A stretch of 64,000 bases of DNA from Candidatus Lustribacter sp. (GCA_965277805.1 OZ255842.1:832001-896000); one strand, 5' to 3'; positions 17,633 to 27,154 are shown, numbered from the stretch's first letter. The notes: a model not told the origin generated them from the letters alone. Program-made: numbers and translations.

Positions 17633-18784
17633 TTAGCGAACTTTGAGGCCCATCAGGCCGGCCAGCACGTTGCGCTGCATCTCCGAGGTGCCGGCGGCGA
17701 TCGTCGAACTCCGCGAGTCGCGGAAGTGGCGTTGCATATCGTACTCCATGCTGTAGCCATAGCCTCCGAAGATCTGCATCCCGGCGTTGGCGACCTTGAC
17801 GTAGACTTCCGAGGCGAACAGCTTGGCCATCGTGATCTCGCGCAGCGCGTCCTGGCCGTTGGAAACCATCCAAGCGGCACGCCACATGAGCGTGCGCGCC
17901 GCATCGATCTCGGTTTGGAGGTCGGCCAGGGTGTGGGCGATCGACTGGTTCGTTCCGATCGGCCGCCCGAATTGCACGCGTTCCTTCGCGTAGGCGAGCG
18001 CAAGGTCGAAGGCGGCGAGTGCGCCGCCGCAACTGCCCGCGGCAGAACACACGCGCTCGATCTGCAGGCCGGCGAGCACGCAGTCCCAGCCTTTGTTCTC
18101 CCCGCCCACGACGCGATCGGCCGGCACGCGCACGTCGTTGAAGAACACTTCGTAGGTGCCGGTGCAGCGCCGGCCGAGCATGTCGAGCTTGCGCAGCTGG
18201 ACGCCCGGCGTATCGTTGTCGATGAGCAGCAGCGACATTCCCTCGCGGTAGTTCTTGTCACGGTCGGTCTTGAGGTAGACGTTCATCACGGTGTTCTTCG
18301 CACCGGCGCCGGTCGCCCAGAGTTTCTGGCCGTTCACCACGTAGTGGTCGCCGTCGCGTACCGCGTACGTGCGCATCGCGCCGATGTCGGAACCTGCTTC
18401 AGGCTCCGAGATCGCGATCGCCATCCGTACTTCGCCGGCGAAGAGTTTGGGCAGCCAGTGCTGCTTTTGCTCCTCCGTGCCCTTGCGCATGATATTGAGC
18501 CCGGTGAAGACGCTACCGGCGTAGGACATGAAGAAGTCGGGGCTCTTGCGCGCGAGCTCTTCGGCGATGATCGTCAAGTCGATCACCGATCCGCCGAGGC
18601 CGTCGTACTCCTCGGGAAAGGGCATGCTGAGCAAGCCCGCTTCGACCCACTTCTCGTAGAGCTCGTAGGGATAGCCCTGTTCGCGATCGAGCCGCCGGAT
18701 GTACTCCGGCGGCGCGTGCGTGTCCATCAGTTGCCTGACGGTTTCGCGGAGCAGCTTTTGCTCGTCGGTAAAAGCGAAATCCAT
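17633..18784 (-). CDS. Acyl-CoA dehydrogenase
   Basis: MDFAFTDEQ, ISEPEAGSD, NGQK, RVQFGRPIG, QIFGGYGY and GTSEMQR motifs. Confidence 0.92.
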   Translation of the reverse strand: MDFAFTDEQKLLRETVRQLMDTHAPPEYIRRLDREQGYPYELYEKWVEAGLLSMPFPEEYDGLGGSVIDLTIIAEELARKSPDFFMSYAGSVFTGLNIMRKGTEEQKQHWLPKLFAGEVRMAIAISEPEAGSDIGAMRTYAVRDGDHYVVNGQKLWATGAGAKNTVMNVYLKTDRDKNYREGMSLLLIDNDTPGVQLRKLDMLGRRCTGTYEVFFNDVRVPADRVVGGENKGWDCVLAGLQIERVCSAAGSCGGALAAFDLALAYAKERVQFGRPIGTNQSIAHTLADLQTEIDAARTLMWRAAWMVSNGQDALREITMAKLFASEVYVKVANAGMQIFGGYGYSMEYDMQRHFRDSRSSTIAAGTSEMQRNVLAGLMGLKVR

Positions 18785-18800
18785 CAGGCCGCGGGCGCGG

Positions 18801-19829
18801 TCAGCGCTCTTCGCGCCAGAATCCGAGCAGTTCTTGCGGTCCGCGGTCGGAGTAGGAGAAGATCACGGCGTCTTCTGAGGCTTTGTGCGTGTACTTCATC
18901 CAGCTCGGCACCACGATGACGTCGTGCGGTTCCCAGTCGAACGTCGTATTGCCGACGGTCGTCGTCCCGGTGCCTTCGACCGGCACGAACACCGTGCTGT
19001 CGGTGGCGCGGTAGGGTTTCGTCTCGAAGCCTCTGGGCAGCAGCTGCATGAACGTGCTCATCGTCGGAATCGCGTCGCCGCCGGTCAGCGGGTTGATGTA
19101 GCGCATCTTGTAGCCGAACCACGGGCTCGGATCTTCGGCGCGCGTCATCGCGTCGAGCGCTTCACGCGTGCGATCGTACGGATAGCTGAAGATCGGCGAG
19201 GTCTTGGCCGTGTGCTTGTGATCGACCGGCACGAGGTTCGCGCCGTAGCGATGGATTGAATCGTACTCGGGCTTCGTCGGCTCGATCGGATCTTCGTTGA
19301 TCCAGCCTTCGCGGAAGCTCGCCTCGAACAACCGCACCATGTGCATGTCGAGACCGTCGAGCCAGACCATCGGTTCGTTCGTGTGATTGCCGTGATCGTG
19401 ATACGTCCACGACGGCGTGATGACGAAGTCGCCGGGCTTCATGAACGTGCGCTCGCCGTCGACCAGCGTGTATGCGCCGTTGCCTTCGATGATGAAGCGC
19501 AGCGCGGCTTGAATGTGCCGGTGCGGCGGCGCGACTTCGCCCGGCATGATCAGCTGGAAGCCGCCGAAAAGGCTGTTGGTGATCTTCGACTCGCCGGGCA
19601 AATTCGGGTTCTCGAACACGAGGACGCGGCGTTCCGCTTCCTTTGCCGTAATAACGCCGGCGGATTCGAGCAGCGTCGGGCGGATCTCACGATAACGCCA
19701 GCGATACGGCGCGATGACCGTTTTGGGCTCGGCGGTGACGAGGCCGCCGAGAACGTCCCACAGCGGGGCCAGATGCTGGTCGCGGATCCGGCGAACGTAC
19801 TCGGCACGTGAAGCGGGCGGTGCTATCAT
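18801..19829 (-). CDS. gtdA: Gentisate 1,2-dioxygenase
   Basis: APLW, AERRVLVFENP, PHRH, TPSWTYHDH, WLDGLD and YINPLTG motifs. Confidence 0.88.
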   Translation of the reverse strand: MIAPPASRAEYVRRIRDQHLAPLWDVLGGLVTAEPKTVIAPYRWRYREIRPTLLESAGVITAKEAERRVLVFENPNLPGESKITNSLFGGFQLIMPGEVAPPHRHIQAALRFIIEGNGAYTLVDGERTFMKPGDFVITPSWTYHDHGNHTNEPMVWLDGLDMHMVRLFEASFREGWINEDPIEPTKPEYDSIHRYGANLVPVDHKHTAKTSPIFSYPYDRTREALDAMTRAEDPSPWFGYKMRYINPLTGGDAIPTMSTFMQLLPRGFETKPYRATDSTVFVPVEGTGTTTVGNTTFDWEPHDVIVVPSWMKYTHKASEDAVIFSYSDRGPQELLGFWREER

Positions 19830-19839
19830 GGCGCGTAAT

Positions 19840-20994
19840 TCAACGAAGAGCGATGACAGTCTTGTCGGCAGTGCGTCCCTGGGCGTAGTACTGGCCGATC
19901 ATTTCGACGAGCGGTCGATCGCTGACCGTGTAGAGTACGGCGTCCTCGGTCAAGCTGGTATTGACGTGATGGTACCAGAGGCTATTGGGCACCACGAACA
20001 CGTCGTTGCGTCCCCACTCGAAACGCTGACCGTTGACCTCGGTATAGCCGCTTCCGCCGAGGACGCAGAACAGGGTGCTCGCCGTGTGCCGGAAAGACTG
20101 CGTGCTCTCGCCGCCCCGCAGCAGTTGCGCGCCGTATGCAAAAGCCGGAAACGGATGGGCGTGCGTGAGCGGGTTGACGAACTCGACGCCGCGGCCGCGG
20201 TGCGCATCGCCGGGATAGTCGCGCATCGCTGCGAGCGTGTGCAGAATGTCGACGCCGCGATACTGAAAGTACGGCGAGGTATTGATGCCCGAGCCGCGCT
20301 CGAAGGGTTCGAACGTCGGCGAGATGCCGCCCGCGCCGTAGAACGTGCGCGAGAAGCCGGCCGGGACATCCGGAACCTTGGCCGCCTCGGCGTAGTCTTC
20401 GCGAATCCAGATCAAGCCGAGGAAATCGAGCAGCGGCCAATCGAGCACGTCCATCCAGATGACCGGCTCTTTGTCGTCGTTGCCGTGACCGTGCCAGGTG
20501 CCGTTGGGCGTGAAGATGAGATCGCCGCGTTCGGCCGGGCAGCGCTCGCCCTCGACGAGCGAATAACCGCCCGACTCGGAGAGAATCGTGCGGCTCGCGT
20601 TGGGCGAGTGCTGATGGATCGGCGCGGTGTCGCCGGGCTTGTAGATCGAGATCGCAACGCGAATCGAGTTCGCGATGCGCAGCTCGCCGCCGAAACCGGG
20701 ATTGAGCAGTTGCAGTTGCTGGCGATCGGTTTGCTCGATCGAACACAGCTCGGCCACTTTGGTGAGGTAGTGCTCGATATCGCGCCACTTCCAGAGAAAC
20801 GGCACCGCGCGGCGGCCGGCCGGTAAGGCATTCGCCGCGATCTTCGGCGGCGCAACGGTATCGGTGACGTGCCACGGTTGTTGCAGCGGCGAGTTGGCGC
20901 GCGTGCGCATCCAAATATGGAGATGGGCCGCCTCTTCGTTGAGGCGCTCCATCTCGGCCATATTTTCTTTGACCGACGCCGATGTAACCGTCAT
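19840..20994 (-). CDS. Bicupin ring-cleavage dioxygenase, gentisate/1-hydroxy-2-naphthoate family paralogue
   Basis: HQH, TPNGTWHGH, WMDVLD, FVNP, FRHT and SDRP motifs. Confidence 0.8.
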   Translation of the reverse strand: MTVTSASVKENMAEMERLNEEAAHLHIWMRTRANSPLQQPWHVTDTVAPPKIAANALPAGRRAVPFLWKWRDIEHYLTKVAELCSIEQTDRQQLQLLNPGFGGELRIANSIRVAISIYKPGDTAPIHQHSPNASRTILSESGGYSLVEGERCPAERGDLIFTPNGTWHGHGNDDKEPVIWMDVLDWPLLDFLGLIWIREDYAEAAKVPDVPAGFSRTFYGAGGISPTFEPFERGSGINTSPYFQYRGVDILHTLAAMRDYPGDAHRGRGVEFVNPLTHAHPFPAFAYGAQLLRGGESTQSFRHTASTLFCVLGGSGYTEVNGQRFEWGRNDVFVVPNSLWYHHVNTSLTEDAVLYTVSDRPLVEMIGQYYAQGRTADKTVIALR

Positions 20995-21006
20995 GGCAGT
21001 CCCCTC

Positions 21007-22494
21007 TCAGTTCTTGGCGAGATCTTCGACTAGGGCGACGAAGGCGCGCACCGGCGTTCCGGTCGGGCCTTTGGCTTGGAAGGACGATTCGTTATCGAGG
21101 TACGCGGTACCGGCGATGTCGAGGTGAATCCACGGCACGTCGGCGACGAAGTTCTTGAGGAATGCGGCAGCCGTCTCCGCCCCGCCGGGCCGTCCGCCGG
21201 TGTTCTTGATGTCGGCGATATCGCTCTTGATCTGACGGTCCCAGTCATCGTAGAGGGGCAGGCGCCAGTAGCGTTCGCCGACGTCGCCGACGATCTTGAG
21301 AAACCGGTCGGCGAAGGCGTCGTCGTTCGACATCACGCCGCTCGCCGCGTGACCGAGGGCGACGACACACGCGCCGGTGAGGGTCGCGGCGTCGACGATC
21401 TTCGTTGCGCCCAATTCGCGCGCGTAGCATAGCGCGTCGGCGAGAATGAGACGGCCCTCGGCGTCGGTGTTGATCACCTCGATCGTCTTGCCGTTCATCG
21501 CGCGCAAGATATCGCCGGGCTTCATCGCCTTCGGTCCGAGGAGGTTCTCGCTCGACGGAACGACGCCGATGACGTTGAGTTTCGGTTTCAGCTTACCGAT
21601 CGCGTACATCGCCGCGATGACGCCCGCGCCGCCGCACATGTCGTACTTCATCTCGTGCATCGCCTCGGCCGGCTTGATCGAGATGCCGCCCGAATCGAAG
21701 GTGAGCCCCTTGCCGACGAGCGCGAGCACTTCTTTGCTCGAGGGATCGCCGCGGTAGGTCATCACCGAGAGCGTCGCCGGTTCGTCCGAGCCGAGCGAGA
21801 CGCCGAGCAGCGAGCCCATTTTCTTTTCTTTCATGCGGGCTTCGTCGAGCATGTCGAATTCGAGGCCGGCTTCGGCGGCGAGTTCTTTGGCGCGCGCCGC
21901 CATGTGCGTCGGCGTCATGTCGTTGCCGGGCGTGAGCGCCATCAGGCGCGCGAAGTTGACCGCTTCGCCGATCACCGTTCCACGGGCGACGCCCGCGTCG
22001 AGCGCGGCGCGATCGAACCCGCCTGCGAAGATCGCGACCGTTTGCGCCATCACCGGCTTGTCGGGTTCGGTGCGATACGTCGTACCGTCGAGCGTTGCCG
22101 TGATGGCGCCTTCGGTTAGGGCCGAGGCGGCGAGCAGCGTGTCAGCCTTCGCTTCGTCGGGCAGCACGAAGGCGAGCGCGGTGTAGTTGCGCTTCCCGAG
22201 CGTCCGCACCGCGGTGCCGCCAAATTTTGCCAGGCTCTGGGGCGTGAACTTCGCGCGGTCGCCGAGCCCGACCAGCGCGACGCGGCGGTAGGGCGCGTTT
22301 TTCGCGTGCACCACTGCCAGCTCGTTCGGCTTCCCTGCGATCTCGCCCGATTCCAGTACGTCCGCGAGCGCGCCGCCCAGTGCCGTATCGATCTCCGCGG
22401 CGATGCCGTCGAGACGTTTGTCGGCGAAGACGGGGATGACGAGCGCGCCGGTCGCGTACGACGCCGGAGCATCGGACGTGATGCGAACCTGCAT
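21007..22494 (-). CDS. pepA: Leucyl aminopeptidase (M17)
   Basis: VGKGLTFDSGG, MKYDM, NTDAEGRL, ATLTG and HLDIAG motifs. Confidence 0.95.
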   Translation of the reverse strand: MQVRITSDAPASYATGALVIPVFADKRLDGIAAEIDTALGGALADVLESGEIAGKPNELAVVHAKNAPYRRVALVGLGDRAKFTPQSLAKFGGTAVRTLGKRNYTALAFVLPDEAKADTLLAASALTEGAITATLDGTTYRTEPDKPVMAQTVAIFAGGFDRAALDAGVARGTVIGEAVNFARLMALTPGNDMTPTHMAARAKELAAEAGLEFDMLDEARMKEKKMGSLLGVSLGSDEPATLSVMTYRGDPSSKEVLALVGKGLTFDSGGISIKPAEAMHEMKYDMCGGAGVIAAMYAIGKLKPKLNVIGVVPSSENLLGPKAMKPGDILRAMNGKTIEVINTDAEGRLILADALCYARELGATKIVDAATLTGACVVALGHAASGVMSNDDAFADRFLKIVGDVGERYWRLPLYDDWDRQIKSDIADIKNTGGRPGGAETAAAFLKNFVADVPWIHLDIAGTAYLDNESSFQAKGPTGTPVRAFVALVEDLAKN

Positions 22495-22552
22495 GAGCTT
22501 CCTTTCGATGGTGGAACGGACGAATGCGTATGGTGAGGGGTACGCCCAGCAA

Positions 22553-23569
22553 ATGACCGACGCCTACGCCCGCGCGGGCGTCAACATCGACGCCGGAAAT
22601 GAGACCGTCGAACGCTATCGCGAAGTTACATCCGATTGGCGTCACCCCGATCAGCTTGGCGAGCTCGGGGGCTTTAGCGGCCTCTTTCGGCTCCCCGGCG
22701 ACGGCAAGCGGGCCTTGGTCGCCTCGGCCGACGGCGTCGGCACGAAGATCCTCATTGCGGCGCACATGGGCCGCTACGACGGCGTCGGGCGCGATCTGGT
22801 CAACCACTGCGTCAACGACATCCTGGTGGTCTCAGCCGAGCCGCTATTCTTCCTCGATTACCTTGCGGTGGGCAAGCTCGAGCCGGCGATGGCGTCCGAC
22901 GTCGTGCGCGGCGTGGCCGGGGCGTGCCGGGACAATGCCCTGGCGCTGCTGGGCGGCGAAACGGCCGAAATGCCGGGCCTCTACAAAGCCGGCGACTTCG
23001 ACTTGGCCGGCACGATCGTCGGGCTCGTCGACATCGCGGACATTCCCAATAAGGAACGGGTCGTCGAGGGCGACGCGATCATCGGCCTGCCGTCGGTCGG
23101 ACTGCACACGAACGGCTACACGCTGGCGCGCGCGCTGATCGCGCCCGAAGAGTATGCGCAGCCGTTCAACGGCACGACCTACGGCGATGCGCTGCTCGCA
23201 CCGCATCCGACATATGCCAAGGAAGTGCGCGCGATCCAAAAGGTTGCCGACGTGAAAGCGATGGCGCACATCACCGGCGGCGGTTTGATCGACAACGTGC
23301 CGCGCACGCTGCCGGCATCGTGCATGGCGGTGTTCGAGCAATCGCGCTGGACCGTACCGCCGATCATGGCCGAGCTCGTGCGCCGCGGCAACCTCGAACA
23401 CGAGGAACGCTACCGCACCTTGAACATGGGCGTCGGTTACACGCTGATCGTTCCGTTCATGGATGCGGCCAAAGCGATTGCGGCGGTTCCGTCGGCAACG
23501 GTGGTCGGTTTCGTATCGCCGCGGCAACCGGATGGACCGGCGGTGGCCGTGCACGCCGCGCGAACGTAG
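22553..23569 (+). CDS. purM: AIR synthetase
   Basis: YARAGVNI, DGVGTK, GGETAEMPG, GLHTNG, HITGGG and LNMGVG motifs. Confidence 0.96.
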   Translation: MTDAYARAGVNIDAGNETVERYREVTSDWRHPDQLGELGGFSGLFRLPGDGKRALVASADGVGTKILIAAHMGRYDGVGRDLVNHCVNDILVVSAEPLFFLDYLAVGKLEPAMASDVVRGVAGACRDNALALLGGETAEMPGLYKAGDFDLAGTIVGLVDIADIPNKERVVEGDAIIGLPSVGLHTNGYTLARALIAPEEYAQPFNGTTYGDALLAPHPTYAKEVRAIQKVADVKAMAHITGGGLIDNVPRTLPASCMAVFEQSRWTVPPIMAELVRRGNLEHEERYRTLNMGVGYTLIVPFMDAAKAIAAVPSATVVGFVSPRQPDGPAVAVHAART

Positions 23570-23571
23570 CG

Positions 23572-24690
23572 TTGCCGGTCAACCTCCTCGCGCCGCTCGG
23601 CGATCGCTATCGTCCGGAGGCGTTGCCCGCGGCGATCGAAACGGGCGAACACCTCGGCTATCAGTTGCGGCGCATCGACACGCCCGACGAGCGGTTGTGC
23701 GCGTGGATCGACTGGGAGTTTGCGCCGAGCTGGTGGTCGAGTGAAGTGCGTGACGGTTCGGTGTGGTACGCGCTCGCCGCGGACGGCACGATTGCCGGAT
23801 TCGCGGGCTTCGGTTCGTCCGACCGCTCGTACCACTGGTTGCAGCCGTATCGCAAACGTACCGACGTCGGAATCTTCGGGCCGTACGGCGTGGCGGCAGC
23901 GCACCGCAAGACCGGCCTCGGCGAGGTCTTGCTCGTGGCGGCGCTGTGCGACCTCGCCGCGCGCTATCGCTGGGCGCTCATTCCCGCGGTGAGCGGCGAG
24001 CGGCTCATCACATCGTACGAAGAGCGCGCCGACGCGCACGTTGCCGATTCGTACGACTTCGCGCTGCGCCCGGCTCGCACGGTGATTCTCGCATCGGGCG
24101 AGGGCTCGAATGCGCAAACGGTCATCGACGACGTGCAATCCGGCGACAGCGCGCTCGACATCGTGGCCGTCGTTTCCAACAACGAACGGGCGCATGTGCT
24201 CGAGCGCGCGCGCGAGGCCGGCATCAATGCGCAGGCGATCGTGTGGAACCGCGAGACGGAATCGCGCGCCGCGTACGACGAGCGGTTGACGGCAGCGATC
24301 GGGAATCACGCGCCGGAGTTAATCCTGCTGTTGGGCTGGATGCATCTGTTGCCGGCCGCGTTTCTCGAGCGCTTTCCCGAGACGATCAACATTCATCCGG
24401 CGTTCTTGCCGTACGACTGCGCCGCCGATACGGTCGTGATGCCGGACGGCGCGGAGATCCCCGCATTTCGCGGCGCGCGCGCGCCCGAAGCGACGATTGC
24501 CGCGGGCGTGCGCTGGGGCGGCGCGAGCGTGCACCGCGTCACGGCGGCGACCGACCGCGGCGAGATCATCGTGCGCACGCCGCTGCAGCTCGCACCGGAA
24601 ACGACCCTCGAGCAATTTCGCGCGCGAATTCATCCGATCGAACACGCTGCGGTGACGAAAGCGATCCGCCGCTGGTGTCTCACCTCCTAG
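23572..24690 (+). CDS. purN: GNAT acetyltransferase-like domain fused to GAR transformylase
   Basis: Probable TTG start; N-half GIFGPYGV...RKTGLG (acetyl-CoA motif A); C-half ASGEGSN, INIHP, SVHRV...DRGEII. Confidence 0.85.
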   Translation: MPVNLLAPLGDRYRPEALPAAIETGEHLGYQLRRIDTPDERLCAWIDWEFAPSWWSSEVRDGSVWYALAADGTIAGFAGFGSSDRSYHWLQPYRKRTDVGIFGPYGVAAAHRKTGLGEVLLVAALCDLAARYRWALIPAVSGERLITSYEERADAHVADSYDFALRPARTVILASGEGSNAQTVIDDVQSGDSALDIVAVVSNNERAHVLERAREAGINAQAIVWNRETESRAAYDERLTAAIGNHAPELILLLGWMHLLPAAFLERFPETINIHPAFLPYDCAADTVVMPDGAEIPAFRGARAPEATIAAGVRWGGASVHRVTAATDRGEIIVRTPLQLAPETTLEQFRARIHPIEHAAVTKAIRRWCLTS

Positions 24691-24845
24691 CGAGCGCTTG
24701 GGAGTTCTCCAAGACTTATTCCAGGAACTTTTTTTCCGCGTATGCCGGATAAACGCACGCTCTTCTTGGGAGACGCGTAAGGCTGTTTTTACGTTGCCTG
24801 ATTGGTGAATAAGCACACCAGCAGAACATCGGAGGAACACGCACA

Positions 24846-25271
24846 ATGAACAAACTTTCGGCCGCCATCATCGCGGCAGCGCTCACGGCAAGTCTCTCGA
24901 GCGTCGCACTCGCGCAAGACACGACGTCGATGGCACCGGGAGCGGCATACGGTACCGGCATCACGGACAATCCGTCGGCGAACCGCGACGGCGATCTCAA
25001 CGGTCCGGCAGCAGGCCTCGGCGGTGAGTTCTCGGCGGCGGAACCCAATATGGCGCCGGGCGCTGAAATGGGCTACGGCATCACCGACAATCCATCGGCG
25101 AACCACAATGCGGATGCAAACCTACCGGCAGCGGGTAACGGCGGCGACTTCGGTGCGACGGATTCCGGCAGCACCGCGGGCGAAATCACCGCGAACCCGT
25201 CAGCCAACAAAAACGCCGAAAACAACGCTCCGGCGACCGGTAACGGCGGCGACTTCGCGCCCAACCAATAG
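24846..25271 (+). CDS. Secreted Asn/Gly-rich repeat protein A (3 NPSAN repeats)
   Basis: GGAGG SD; signal peptide ending ALA-Q; NPSAN at aa 42, 82 and 117. Confidence 0.85.
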   Translation: MNKLSAAIIAAALTASLSSVALAQDTTSMAPGAAYGTGITDNPSANRDGDLNGPAAGLGGEFSAAEPNMAPGAEMGYGITDNPSANHNADANLPAAGNGGDFGATDSGSTAGEITANPSANKNAENNAPATGNGGDFAPNQ

Positions 25272-25313
25272 CCGCGAACCCAAAAAAAACCCGCGAACCC
25301 CAAAAAAGCGGAG

Positions 25314-25344
25314 ACACGGCGACGGATTTTATCCGCCGCCGTGT
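25314..25344. terminator. Strong intergenic hairpin (terminator or stability element)
   Basis: ACACGGCGACGGAT-ttt-ATCCGCCGCCGTGT inverted repeat between the two repeat genes. Confidence 0.55.
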
Positions 25345-25468
25345 ACGCTTTAGGGCATTTCACGCTCAACGCGACAATCGGTCGCTGTCCTTACGCCCCG
25401 TGCAAGATGGTTTTCAGCGCTCCGTTCCTGTGAATGACTTGAGTCACACTACCCCAGCAGGAGACATC

Positions 25469-26137
25469 ATGGGAAAAATTTCTACGGCAATCATCATGGC
25501 GGGGCTCGCCACGGCCGGTTTATCGCAAGCGGCCGTCGCGCAAAGCCTCGCGCGCACCGCGGCGCCGGTCATCGTGGCGACAACGACCACGTCATCGACG
25601 AACATGACTGCCGCGCAGAAGAAGAAACTGGCAGCGCAAAAGGCCGCAATGGCCAAGAAAAAAGCCATGATGGCCAAGTCGAAGACGGCCGGTAGCTCGA
25701 TGGGCATGACGCACAACCCATCAGCCAACGGCAACGGTGCGGCGAACGCTCCGGCAGTCGGCAACGGCGGCAACATGGGCACCAACAACACCGGTATGGC
25801 GCCTGGGGCCACGATGGGCGGCAATGGTAATCCGTCTGCGAACGGCGTCGGAACCAACAATGCTCCGGCAGCGGGCAACGGCGGCAATATGGGCACCGGC
25901 AACAGCAACAAGGCGCCGGGCCAAGGCACGTTCGTGACGGGAAATCCGTCCGCGAACGGCAACGGCGCGGCGAACGCTCCGGCAGTCGGCAACGGCGGCG
26001 ATATGGGCACCAGCAACAGCAGCAAGGCGCCGGGTCAGGGCACGACCGTCACCGGAAATCCGTCGGCGAACGGAAATGCGGGGACCAATGCTCCGGCCAC
26101 CGGCAACGGCGGCAACATGGGGACGGCCGGCAAGTAA
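25469..26137 (+). CDS. Secreted Asn/Gly-rich repeat protein B (4 NPSAN repeats, 38-aa period)
   Basis: AGGAG SD before ATG 25469; signal peptide; Lys-rich segment followed by four repeats. Confidence 0.85.
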   Translation: MGKISTAIIMAGLATAGLSQAAVAQSLARTAAPVIVATTTTSSTNMTAAQKKKLAAQKAAMAKKKAMMAKSKTAGSSMGMTHNPSANGNGAANAPAVGNGGNMGTNNTGMAPGATMGGNGNPSANGVGTNNAPAAGNGGNMGTGNSNKAPGQGTFVTGNPSANGNGAANAPAVGNGGDMGTSNSSKAPGQGTTVTGNPSANGNAGTNAPATGNGGNMGTAGK

Positions 26138-26149
26138 CGCCGGCGCGCG

Positions 26150-27151
26150 TCACGCGAACGGCAGGCTCGGGTCGGCCGTAAGCGTGAGCGGATCGCGAAG
26201 ATCGGCGTCGCCGCGGCGTTCTGCGGCGGCGGCGATCATCGCGGCATTATCGGTACAGAAACGGCGCTCCGGCACAAAGACCGGGAGATTGCGCTTCTCA
26301 CCGGTGCGGCGGAATGCCGTCGAGAGCGCGTTGTTCGCGGCCACGCCGCCGCTAAGCACGATCGCGCGATAGTTGCGCGCATCGAGCGCGCGTTCCACGC
26401 GATCGATAAGCACGTCGACGATCGCGGCTTGAAACGAGGCCGCGATATCCTTGGGTGCGACGACCGTCGCCGCGTCCGATGCGAGGAAGTAGCGCGCCGA
26501 AGTCTTGAGACCGGAGAACGAGAGGTCGAGCGCGCCCGCCTCGGGCCGGTAACGCGGGAAGGCCACGGCTTTTGAATTGCCGCCGCGTGCGAGCTCTTCG
26601 AGCGCCGGACCGCCGGGAAACGGCAGGCCCAACAAGCGCGCGGTTTTATCGAACGCCTCGCCGGCGGCATCGTCGCGCGTCTTCGCGATGACGCGCATCT
26701 CGCGCGCGCTCTCGACCGCCACGAGCTGTGTGTGACCGCCCGAAACGAGCAGCGCAAGAAATGGGTACGGCGGCGCGGCGCCGGTATCGAGAAACGCCGC
26801 GAAGATGTGCCCGTGCAGATGGTTCACGGCATAGAGCGGCTTGCCGGTCGCAAACGCGAGCGCTTTCGCCGTGGCGACGCCGACGACGAGGCTGCCGATC
26901 AAGCCCGGGCCGGCGGTAACGGCGATACCATCGATCGCACCGAGCGCAGTGCCGGCGCGCGCGAGCGCATCATCGATCGCGGCCGAGAGGAGGCTTGCGT
27001 GCCGGCGGCTCGCGATCTCCGGCACGATGCCGCCGTACTTGGCGTGGAACTCATCCTGATTCGTCGACACGTTCGCGAGCACGTCGCGCCCATCGCGGAC
27101 GACGGCCGTGGCGGTATCGTCGCACGACGTCTCGATCCCGAGCAGCAGCAC
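26150..27151 (-). CDS. tsaD: tRNA t6A threonylcarbamoyltransferase
   Basis: LGIETSCDDT, GGIVPEIASR, NHLHGH, VSGGHT, DDAAGEAFDK and CTDNAAM motifs. Confidence 0.96.
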   Translation of the reverse strand: MLLLGIETSCDDTATAVVRDGRDVLANVSTNQDEFHAKYGGIVPEIASRRHASLLSAAIDDALARAGTALGAIDGIAVTAGPGLIGSLVVGVATAKALAFATGKPLYAVNHLHGHIFAAFLDTGAAPPYPFLALLVSGGHTQLVAVESAREMRVIAKTRDDAAGEAFDKTARLLGLPFPGGPALEELARGGNSKAVAFPRYRPEAGALDLSFSGLKTSARYFLASDAATVVAPKDIAASFQAAIVDVLIDRVERALDARNYRAIVLSGGVAANNALSTAFRRTGEKRNLPVFVPERRFCTDNAAMIAAAAERRGDADLRDPLTLTADPSLPFA

Positions 27152-27154
27152 GCG

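Noticed and set aside
17622-18050. Extended N-terminus of the ThDP enzyme
   Set aside because: Overlaps the acyl-CoA dehydrogenase; an SD-supported ATG lies at 17621.
22495-22552. Purine/ZTP riboswitch or PurR box before purM
   Set aside because: Only 58 nt between divergent genes and no recognisable consensus; the main operon leader lies outside the window.
25272-26137. Possible CRISPR array from periodic repeats
   Set aside because: Repeats are in-frame, vary at synonymous positions and lack unique spacers; no cas genes; the intergenic repeat has only two copies.
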